64,000 nt of DNA from Psammoneis japonica. Its lineage: Eukaryota. The translations under genes were made by a program, and so were the position numbers. Location: contig QPGO01000076.1 of the NCBI GenBank assembly GCA_008632985.1, positions 186,001 to 250,000 of the forward strand, written 5' to 3'. Every line of letters begins with the position of its first letter. The stretch's first letter is position 1. The notes under the pieces are model-generated. The model was not told where the DNA came from. It saw only the letters and a program-made list of their open reading frames with translations, and searched no databases. Positions 50,043 through 60,450 of this stretch are shown here, piece by piece.

Positions 50043-52514
50043 TTACAAGTCCCGGCTTTGATGAATCATTCCTGGCCACATGACTCTTCCGTTGCTCGCG
50101 TCAATCGATGGCGGTGCGCTATTCAGCACAAAGCGTTTTCTTGAAGTCGTTGTCAACGTATCGCGTGAGTATGCTGGTGGTGGCCATTCACATTTTCTTG
50201 CCGTCGTTATCCACGTATTGCTTGAGTCAGCTGTTGGTGGCCGTTCAATGATATGCGGAACAACAGTCTTACCCTGCATTTGTTCAAGTGGGGTATAGAT
50301 ACGCGGAGAGTTTCCTGGCCACGCGAATCTACCATTGTCTGCGCCAATTGATGGCTGTGAGCACAGCACAACACGCTTTCTTGAAGTAGTTGTCCCCGTA
50401 TCGCGTGAGTCTGGTGGCCATTTACGTTTTCTTGCCGTTGTTTTCCGAGAGTCTGTTGTTAGTGACCAATTACGGTTAGGCGAAATAGTATTCTTGTCCC
50501 TAAGTTGCCCAAGAGGGGTAATGACACGCGGAAAGTTTGTAGCAGTCTCATCTTTCAAGCTCATTTCCTCCTCACTGTTGATCCACGCTACCTGATCCCT
50601 TGTGGCATTCGACTCATCCTTGTCCAATAGGTGCGCTTCTAAGCGCCTCCTGTATGGTGCAACTGGTATTTCATTATTCGTCGGCTGCAGCTGTTCTTTC
50701 GACGCGCCCGTCTCAATTCGTCGCGTATATGATTTCGAAGCAGTGTTCCATCTCTGCTCTTGCGTACTTGCCTCATTGGAATTTGCGCAATCGACTGAAC
50801 GTCCAGATCCTAGGTCCAATAGGTTGTTAGCAACGAAGAGCAAGGCACTCGAATCCTTGGTACCACTTTGCGCTACTGAATTCTGCTGCGTTGTTCTACA
50901 TTGATCTTGTTCCTTCTTCGATGCAAGAGATTTCTTTCGAAAAACATTTCTGGAAGGAACCCGACCGGTTCGCTTTTCGTTTTGCAATGAAACCTCACGT
51001 CCTTGTTGTTTCTTATGTGACCAAGCAAAAGCGTCCCCTGGTGTTACTTTCTTGGTCTCTGCAGTGAAGTCACCAGACTGGATTCGTTGCCGATAAGTTT
51101 CCAGTGCGATTTCCCATCGGTATCGCAATGTGCGTTTGTTGTCCTTTGAGAAAGCGCCGTCCTTTACCAGATCGCTGCACAGATTGTAGACAACGGCATC
51201 TGCAAATCGAAAACCTCGCAGCTCCGGCACATCATTCCACATGTCTTGAATAAGCCTCCTTCCCTCGGCGGTGCTACTATCTTCATCATCCCTGAGACCG
51301 ATTTGCTCCTCTTGAGGTTCGTTTATGCCACCGTCTGTGGATTCCCTCCTGGAAACATCCTCTTCTTCGCCATCAGAATCCTTATCTTGGGGAGACGGCT
51401 TGGGATTATTGGCTTTGGAATCGTTGACTTTTTGATTAGCCGACGCAGTAGACTCATCATCTTGGGGAGGTGGCTTGGAATTTTTGGCGCTGGTCTTGCC
51501 GGCGACGAGTGGATCTGTAAACGGGGTTTCACCCTTCAAACTTGGATCTTGTTTCGTAAACTTCGTCCAAGCAAGAGCATCCTTTTGAATAATCGTTCTC
51601 GAAGGAACCCGACCGGTTCGCTCCTCGTTTGCTGCCAGCGCATATCCCCATCTCTTGCGTAGCGTTTTTTCGTCCGGAATTACGCAAGAGATCACGCTCT
51701 TGGAGGATGTCCAGTCACAGAAATTCTTGACAACCGCATCTGATAATTTCTGGTGCCAAAGCCATGGCACCTCATTCCAGAGCTTTTGAACAAGCGGCCT
51801 TGCCTCCCACCAAGATCCGAGCCTTGGTTGAGAAGCAGCTTTCTTTTCTCTTTTTATCGACTCTGAAATATTCGCCCGTCGGTTGTCTTCGGCTCCAGTC
51901 TCTGTCGGCGACCTTGCCTCTGCTCTTGGACTTTGAACATCTTTCAGGATGCCTTTCTCCTTTCTGAGAGCAGAGTCATTTTCCTGAGGTGACATATCTA
52001 GAGTATTCCTAGACCTCATTCGCCCTATCTGACCCGCTGACATACGCTGTGTGTATATTTCCACCGTGTTCTTCCATCTCTTACGTAGTGTTGCTTCGTC
52101 CGGTACTGAATAAACGACTCCGTTGGATGTTGACTCCTCGCAAAGACGCCTGACAACCGCATCTGGCAACGAATAGGGACGTAGCCACGGTACGTTATTC
52201 CAGAGAGCTTGAACACGTGGCTTTGCTTCTCTCCAAGAGCCGAGCTGTAACTGAAAACCATCTGCATTTTCTGGAAGAGCCTCGTTGTTCCTGGTTGCTG
52301 CACTTGTCGATGATGATTCCGTGTGTACTTGAAACTCACTATGAGAAATGGACGCACTTTTCGAATCATGCCAGCCCTGATTGTCTGATAAACCGCCGCC
52401 GGAGGTGTCCTTTCTTGCATAAGACTGCATCGATCTGTTCTGATCCCCTCGTTTAGAAATGTACAAGAACGTGGAATTCTGCGCAGCTGATAGATCCATC
52501 TTGGCTTCTTCCAC
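50043..52514 (-). CDS. Hypothetical protein with three copies of a ~50-aa module and a duplicated C-terminal segment
   Basis: W..VP.L.....DAVV...C......TLR.RW x3; PR..TPL.Q..TTARK..WPP..SRDT.TTTSRKR x2; intact 823-aa ORF. Confidence 0.7.
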   Translation of the reverse strand: MEEAKMDLSAAQNSTFLYISKRGDQNRSMQSYARKDTSGGGLSDNQGWHDSKSASISHSEFQVHTESSSTSAATRNNEALPENADGFQLQLGSWREAKPRVQALWNNVPWLRPYSLPDAVVRRLCEESTSNGVVYSVPDEATLRKRWKNTVEIYTQRMSAGQIGRMRSRNTLDMSPQENDSALRKEKGILKDVQSPRAEARSPTETGAEDNRRANISESIKREKKAASQPRLGSWWEARPLVQKLWNEVPWLWHQKLSDAVVKNFCDWTSSKSVISCVIPDEKTLRKRWGYALAANEERTGRVPSRTIIQKDALAWTKFTKQDPSLKGETPFTDPLVAGKTSAKNSKPPPQDDESTASANQKVNDSKANNPKPSPQDKDSDGEEEDVSRRESTDGGINEPQEEQIGLRDDEDSSTAEGRRLIQDMWNDVPELRGFRFADAVVYNLCSDLVKDGAFSKDNKRTLRYRWEIALETYRQRIQSGDFTAETKKVTPGDAFAWSHKKQQGREVSLQNEKRTGRVPSRNVFRKKSLASKKEQDQCRTTQQNSVAQSGTKDSSALLFVANNLLDLGSGRSVDCANSNEASTQEQRWNTASKSYTRRIETGASKEQLQPTNNEIPVAPYRRRLEAHLLDKDESNATRDQVAWINSEEEMSLKDETATNFPRVITPLGQLRDKNTISPNRNWSLTTDSRKTTARKRKWPPDSRDTGTTTSRKRVVLCSQPSIGADNGRFAWPGNSPRIYTPLEQMQGKTVVPHIIERPPTADSSNTWITTARKCEWPPPAYSRDTLTTTSRKRFVLNSAPPSIDASNGRVMWPGMIHQSRDL

Positions 52515-53055
52515 TTTTGCACAGTCAGGCTCCGCTTTACTCCTAGTTGATTATATATGTACCTGGTCGTTGATTCCTTTCAGTCCGCTCCAGTTGCTCG
52601 CCGCTGCTTCCCACTCAGTTTCATGGTCTTGCATTTTTGGCGGGCACAGCGAATCATCATCAAATCGAAATTTTTATCTTCTCGCAGGACCTGTGATAGT
52701 AACTACTGTACTGTACTGTAACTACAATAGAGGGCGATAGGTAGGTTCAAATGAGTAGCAAAATATCTTAATAACTTTATCTTATGGAATTAACCGTTGG
52801 CTTATTATACATAAACAAGGATTTTTTGAACATTGTTATTTTAATTGTACATTATTGTCGATACAGAAATCTGAACGGACCGTTGCGCGCGGTGACGGCT
52901 CAATAGCAATCTTTCGTCCTGTAGACCTACGAAAGTCATTGTAGAAAAAATACGTAGAAATTGTGTAGACCAGTACCAAGAGAAATATTTATTGGTCTGT
53001 CCGTCTACCCTTAGTGAATTTTAATTCTGCGAAAAATGGACTCTGCTGCTAACTG

Positions 53056-53262
53056 GGGGAAGTCTCCAGCCAGCTGCTGGCTGAAGAATTTTGTGTAGAA
53101 ATTGCACTGAAAGAGCATGTCAATCTGTGCGTTAGGGGGTTTTGGTGAACGCTGGACAGACTCATCTTCTTTGGCGTGCGCAAAAATTGCACTTGCAAAA
53201 CCCCCAAACGCGCTGACGAGCAGACTTTTTTTCAGCCAGCAGCTGGCCAGAGACTTCTCCCA
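53056..53262. repeat. Imperfect long inverted repeat at the left edge of tract 5
   Basis: ggggaagtctccagccagctgctggctgaa pairs with ttcagccagcagctggccagagacttctccc; gggggttttg pairs with caaaaccccc. Confidence 0.7.
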
Positions 53263-54165
53263 CAACTGATCAGGCACATTTTTGCATGCATTGGTGCAAA
53301 TGCGTGTAGATTCTGCAGACATCCTTGGGAAGTTTGTTGGTTTCACATCACGGGTCATTTTCAAAAGATTCCCGCTGACAACTCGTGGCAGCCTGGTTGA
53401 CCAAAACACACCAATTGTCCCTCAGCAAGGCTGTTGGTTCGTTGGATGAAGATGCTGCACATCTGTCATTTTTGACAGCTGGTTGGGCACTGTTGAATCT
53501 GGAAGAAGGAGGTGTGTGACACACAGAAAGCTGTGTTTGTGACTGTTGAGACCAGCGCCACAAAATCGTCAACTTTCTCCTCCCAACAAGAATCAAGGAT
53601 TGCAGCCATCGATTGCACACGGCAGCTTCATGGCAATCAAAAGATTGCAGTTTGCTCATGCTTGCCACATGCAACAATCAACTGCAGCCACAATCACGGT
53701 TGGCAACCAGAGGCCCATTTCCATGAATTGTCTTGTGTGGTCTGACCAACGGACATTGTTGTGGACAGTGTTTGTGAGAGCCCATGCACACATTTGTTTG
53801 TGATGAATCATGGCAATTCAACACAAATCATGACTGTTCACCACAAATGGTCATGATTGAAAATGAACAAATGTCCACACCAACCAACAAATGTTCGCTG
53901 ACTTTTACAAACAGTCATCGTTCCCAATGAGTGAGGTCCAACCCAATCAGTTTGCGGCCCCAAACCAGTTGCTTTGCCAGATTTCACCTGCTGTCTTGTC
54001 ACTGCCGACTGGGTGATGACCAAATGCAGTGTTGTGATTTGTTTTCAATCTTTGCTGTCCAAGTCAATCGGTTGGCTGGTGTGTTCAAACAATGTTTTCC
54101 ATGCTCCCATCTCCATTTGTTGCATGTCATTGCTGCAATCGATTGTCAACAAGTGCGATTGCAAC

Positions 54166-55470
54166 TCATGTCTGCCAAGTTGCTCTTGACCAAACTGCCA
54201 CCAACTCCAGTTTGTAGATTTTTTCACAGTTGACCTGGTGGTTGTCTTCATCATCCGAGCCGTCCTGTGCTTCTTCTGCCGCCCGTTGATCTTGCTCAGT
54301 TGCGACTGCTCTGCAGAGCACTTCCCACCATCTGAGGCATCCACTTGCAACATCTTGCTTGATCTCCATGACCATTTCAACAAACAACTTGTTGGCCTTT
54401 GGCAACCACCCTTTGCTCTTCCTTGGTGTCTTGCACTTCCGCGGCCCTGTGCTCCCGTCCGTGTCTTTTGTTGTTGCCGCCATGAAATGCTTGAGTGTTC
54501 TGACAAGCTTTCTCTTCTTGCTGCACGCGTCTGCATCATTTTGGATGTCAACAAGCACTTTTGCAGTCTCAGTCAGAGCTCTGACTCATGCTGCAGTCTT
54601 TGGCTTGTCTTTGATTTTCTTGACCATTGCGTCCCGTTTTGCGACCGACTCTTCCCTTGTGTCCTTGAACTTCTGTTTTGGTTCTTGTGCCGACAAACCT
54701 TCCTCCTCTGGTGGCTCTTGTGGATCTTTCCGGAGCAGCACAAACATGCTCATGTCCTGGTTGTCCTTCTCCTTGGCTGTCACGAGGTCTGGCATGATGG
54801 TCTTGCACAAGTCGTTGCATCCCTCTTGGTCCATCGGGCCTCCCTCATTGACCAACTCCACTTTGCAAAGTCCCGTCCTTGTTTTGGCTCTTGCAGTCAG
54901 CATGCCACACACCACAGTTGTTCTTGAGGAGCATGTGGGCAAACACCTTGGTGCACAATGCACCCATCCTCATGTCCTTGGCAATGCACTCTTTCCAGCA
55001 TGTGTCTCCAACCATCGGACACAACATGATGCAGTCACAGAACTCCATCTGAAAAGCCGGGTTTCTGCAGACAGCAAGATGCAATTGTTTTCATCACAGT
55101 GTTCACAAAGAGCTTCATTTGTGGCAGGGAAAGCAAGTGATGACACTGTTGGCAACTGCAATGGCTGTTCTTGTTGCACCCTCCATTTGCACTCACTGTG
55201 GAACTTGCCCTGCTGTGCATGGCACGCATTTGATCTCTCAATTGCCAGCCACTCCTGATGCATTTTTTTTGTTTCATCAACAGCCACAGGTGGCGCAGGT
55301 GTGTTGTTTGCTCTGGCTCTGGAAAATCCTGCAGCATGCCACCAGTCATCTTGGGGCTGCAATTCTGTTCACAATCTCTGCACAGCATGCCCATTTCCTC
55401 CATTTCCTTGTTGTTGAACATGAGCGTGACACTGAGGAACAATGTTTCCTTGACATGTTCTCCCACCTCT
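54166..55470 (-). pseudogene. Decayed transposon accessory ORF divergent from the Plavaka-like transposase
   Basis: Fragments TKVFAHMLLKNNCGVW and KSKGWLPKANKLFVEMVMEIKQD resemble the EAF....ENN...W / GWS..G...F..L...V..DR pattern I recall next to such transposases. Confidence 0.4.
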
Positions 55471-56499
55471 TTGCAATGTCCTGCATCACCTTGTCATGAT
55501 CTGCCATCCAATTGGTGGAGCTTGTCTGCCGCTCCACAATGACCATTGTCCTCCACTGCTGCCGCAGTGTTCTTTTCTGGTGTGTGCTGAAGTGCGCTGA
55601 AGTGAGGTGATGGATGCGGTTGAGTCTTGCAGATGACGCATGTGACTGTTGTCTTTCTCCCTTTTGTGCATGTTTTTTGCTTGCCCGAAAGGGGACTTTT
55701 CCCCACATTTTTTGTTTGGCTGGACATTGCACTCCAATTTAAACAGATCCTCCCTCCACAATTCAAAATGTTTCATCTTCAATGTCTGGACATTTGTTTG
55801 CCATGATTTCCAATGTCTGTTTGTGGCCAACTCTCTAACGGCTGCTGCTGCCATGCCCAGCAACTCCCACTCAAAAATCAACTGAGTCTTCACTCAACAA
55901 ATTGATTCAAAAATCTTCTGCCACCTTCCTTTTCCAATTGGACTCTTAGCTCGGCATGCCTTCTCACCACCGTTGCCACCAACGCCGGCAAAATGCACCC
56001 TGTTGCAGTGCATCTGCCACAACTCAATTGAGCCAGCTGTTGCAAGCCACTGTTTTTGTTCTCCAAGAACAGCAAATTGCTTGTCAGTTTTCCATTTCAA
56101 CCCCAGCACTGACTTCAATGCAGACAACAACCCAGCCTGTTTCCCAGCACCCGTGGAAGACCCGGAGTTTTTTCCCACACCCAACGAGGAAGCAGAGCAG
56201 GAACAGCAGGAGGAGGAGGAGGAGGACAAATGTGACAATGATTCCTCTCTCTTTGAAATGTTCCCTGGACATCTTGCTGCATCTTTGTCCTTCTCTCATC
56301 TGGGTGAGACATCCAAAGAATCCACCCTGCCCCTGGATCCCTCCACTGTCCCTCCCCCACCACTGCTGACTTGGATCCCTTGCACTGGGAGGAACCTGAT
56401 CCACCAACCTTTTCAGTTGCAGAGGAAGCTTTGCTGGAGCTGATTGTGCTGTGTGACAATTCCGGCACCACCCATCAATTTTGCAGTCAGTTGCTCACC

Positions 56500-59400
56500 C
56501 CGCTGCAATGATTTTGCAAGAAGCAGAAATTTGATTGCTCCAAGTGTTTTGGATGGGACTTGTTGGTGAAGAAACTCTGCAAGAAGGTTGTCCTGCCCAG
56601 CCCAACACTCACATCATTGGTGGGTGGGAAGTTGCTTGCTTCCGCATGCTGGACATGTTGAGAGATTTGCTCAACGTGAACAAGTCCATGCAGGCACGTT
56701 TCCACCACAAGTTGTTCCTGTCAACAATCACAATCATGGCAAGACCATGTCCAACAAATGGCGCTCCAACACATTCAATGACCTCAGAGAGAACTTTGAC
56801 TGTGAGAAAGACTTGCTCTTGCCAGCTGGCTCGTGCACTGATCAGAAGGGGGCTGATGCCTGTCAAAGGCATCCCCTCAAACCCTGGTTGTTTTGCGCTC
56901 TCCTTCTTGTCAAGAGGCATGTGCAGGAGCAAGATTGTGCTTGGCATCACCTTGGGTTCATGCTGAGCATGGACAAGGGTGGGGCGAGTTTCTTCTTTTG
57001 ATGAGAACGGCAATGTGAACAAAGACGGACAAGCGATTGAGTCTTCTTCGTCAAACACACAGGCTTGCCATGGATGTGTTCCAGCCGCACGTGAGTCAAA
57101 TTGTGCACAAAAATGACATTTGCGCGATTTTTGCGTGGTCCCTGACTTACAATCGAGATCTTTCACCACCAAAAGCACAGAGTCGATCCCACGTTGAGAC
57201 CCACCTGAGATCTCCAACCATTGAAATTTCTCTGTGTGCACGCAATGCAACTTTTCATGCATGGATGTGAAAGATCTCATTGAACTTGTCACAAAAAAAA
57301 TCCTCCCCTCTTTTTCAAATTTGGTTGGTTCATGAGTTTCAGCGCACCAACCAAAATGTCCGATGAGCCGATGCTGACAGGCAGGTGGTGTTTTAAGACC
57401 CACGTGGAAATGCGCGTGATTTCAGTGCTGGATGTCAGATGCACCCTGCAAGGGCCAAGGATTTTTCTGGAGGGTGAAAAGGGTGGCAATCAAATGCTCT
57501 CATTGTGCTGTTTCAAATGCGATGCCTCTCGATTTTTTTCGACCAACAGAAAATTCCATGCATTTTTGCACCACGCCCCATGCGGGTCTTAATTTGTGCC
57601 GGGTCTTGTTTTGGGATGACTCTAGATTTGTGCATTTTGCAACACTGACAAGACTCGTGTGAGTGTTGCAATGTCATTGTCATTGTGCTGTCCATGTTTT
57701 TCATTGCGCCAAAAGATTCACAACACAACGGATGATTTTCGGTGAAACCATGCCACTTGGCAGGTTTTCCACCTGCAAAGAAATCTCAGCATAAATCCAC
57801 TGAAGTGCAATCAGTGTTGAGTCTGCTGAGGAAGTTTGTGAGACACATCCCATGAGGACTTGAACACCCCACAAAAAACTGTTTAAATGTTCATGCTCTG
57901 GAAGCCCATGAAAGTCAATCCGTCTGAGCATTTCACATGAAAATGCTGCACACACTGAAAGACACACAAATTGCACTCAAAATTGATTGTCGTTTTGTGT
58001 GTCACCTGGGACTGGAACACATCCATGACATGTTGTCTTTTCTCCTGGAAGATTTGAAGGCATTCTTGCAGGCAGAGCCTCCCCTTGTGATGGCAAACCT
58101 GGGTGGTGTTTGCCAGCTCATGCGCATTGTTCTTGCACAAGGGCCGACATGTGGTGACCAGAAGTCACAAGACTTTGTCTGTGGATGAAAAGCAGCCAAT
58201 GGGGGTGGCGCCAGTCAAGTGCATTGCTTCTGTGCATGTGTTCTGCCAATGATGTTACAAACACTTCCCGCCCAACCAACGAGCTTGGCCTTTCTTGTTC
58301 TCTGATCAATGTGAAGATTGTGCCCCGTCTCAACAAGCTGGCACTCTCCACTGCATCACTCGGTGAGGACAGTCCATTGGATGGCTGCCTCAAGAGGCAA
58401 AAGAAGCTTGCGCTGGCTCTTCTTTCACGTCTGCACACAATGCGCCCACTGAGAAATGCCTTTGATGGTGTCAACTTCAGAGGCAATCCATGGGGTGTGT
58501 TTTCAGCAATGGCTGACAATCACCTTCATTCCTGGAAAGCGGGTGGTGCAGAGAATGTTGCGCAAGTCTCACACTTTGGACTCACCAAGACAGAGAAGAA
58601 AAACTTTGAGACCAAGCTGAAAGCTGTCATCAGAAGCTGCAGGTCCATGGCCTTGTCACAATGCCCAAGAGGTTGCTTGAGTTCTGGCCCCAGCAGAGTG
58701 ACTCTCCAGGCCCACTCTGAAAAAATGGGGTTGCTGTTCCACCTGAGTGTGGTGATGCAATTTCTCAAGCCATGTGAGACAATGGAAAAGGCACATGAAT
58801 GACAGAAAAAGAAGTGCAAAATGTTTCCCTCCACCACAAAACTTGCCTCTCTCTGCAAAAAGCCAAAGGAAACCAAGAACAAAAAGGCAAATGCAAGCAA
58901 CAAGCCACCTTTCAAAGTTTCTGAAGGAATCAATGACAACTCATCTTCTGACAAGAAGAGCTCCAGTGGTGGCAAAAAACCCCGCTCATCCAAGACTGCT
59001 TGTGGACGCAACAACAAGCAACAAAGAGTCAATCGGGATGCTGCCCATGCCAAGAAAAATGCGCAAAAGGCCACTGAGGAGGTGGCCCAAAAGGCTCAGG
59101 AAGCATCCTCCACGGAAGAAAATGACAAAAAAGTGCTTCCACCCACTGCTTTTCCCTGCAGAAAGGACACGTTTTTTGCCACTGACCATGGTGGCAAAGA
59201 TCCTTTTGACTGCAATTTGGAAATGATCCAGTGCATCATCAAGCACCTGAAGCCACACGGATTTGCTTTTTCTGGAGGATGAATTCAATGAGTTTCAGCC
59301 AGATCACAGTTGTTCATTGAATCTTTGAAAATTTTGACAACCATCAAAATCAAGGGGATGATTCTCACCCATCACATGATGTCCTTGGCTCCATTGCATG

Positions 59401-60450
59401 TCCCATTGTTGAGGACCGCTGTGATTGTCTTTTGCAAAGTGACCGGGGAATGCTTTCAAATGCCAAGAGATGTGTTGACTCCAGGTTGCACAAACATGCA
59501 CAAAAAAAGGTGGATCTGTCAGCCACACAGGAATCATGTGATGGGAAGGATGTGGCAGTTCAAAATCTGCACCAGCTCTCTCACCCTGTGAAGAATTGTG
59601 TTGTGAAGCATGAAGCACCATTGGAAGAAACCAATGATCAAGGGAGCTGGACACACGGGTGCAACATTGTCTGACATGAAGACCTGCTCTTCTTTCCTGG
59701 AGTGCATCATTCTTTGCCGCCATGCATTTTGTCACTGCTCACACAGACTTCTGGTGGCATTGACGCAGAAGGATCATGTCATGACTCACTTCAGGACAAA
59801 GTGAGTGGTTGGCTGCATGGACACCATCCTGCACTGTGGCGACAACTTGGTGGACTTTGACATGGGAAAGGTTGAAGCCCAGAACCACAAGGACTTTCAT
59901 CATCTGTGGCTGGCTGATGACATGCAATCACACGCATTGATGGGTGAGAGACTGTTGAAAACCAAAGCAAAGAAGATTTCCAAGATGGCACAGAAGCGCG
60001 GTGAGGCCACTTTCCTCCAACAGACATGCAAACAAATTTGCAAAGCCCTTCTGTGCCGAAGGTGCATGGATGAGATGGCCATGCAGAAGTCAGGAGACAA
60101 GGTCTCATCACACGGTCTTGCAGATGATGCATCCTCAGTTGCCAATGGTGGCAGAGAATCAAAGGTTGCACGATGCATGCCACACTTTGCATTCCAGCGC
60201 GATTGTTTCAATGACGTGTGTGCACTTGATCGACACAGCAAGGAAAGCCCGGCTGATGAGGAAATGGGCTTGCCTTGCCATGCCTTCCTGGGAGCCATCC
60301 AAGAACTGGAACCTGACCAACTGAGGTTTGACATTTGCAATGAAGCAAAACTTGCAAATGATGGTGACTGCCTCCAAGCTTGCCCACAGCCCACAGCATT
60401 GCTCATTGCTTCAAAGAGGGGCCCTGGTTTGCTGAGCGGAAGTTGATTTT
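56500..60450 (+). mobile_element. Decayed Plavaka-like DNA transposase, interrupted by MITE copy B
   Basis: Collinear fragments FRMLDMLRDLL, HPLKPWLF, AWHHLGF, QACHDMLSFLL, GDQKSQDFVCG, NAFDGVNFRGNPWGVFSAMADNHLH, RS..S.CPR and GERLLKTKAKKISKMAQKR..FLQQ. Confidence 0.65.
57073..58023. mobile_element. MITE copy B, 951 bp, TpA-erased, 4-bp TSD CATG
   Basis: Left end gatgtgttccagccgcacgtga, right end tcacctgggactggaacacatc; CATG on both sides; excision restores transposase QACHDML. Confidence 0.9.
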
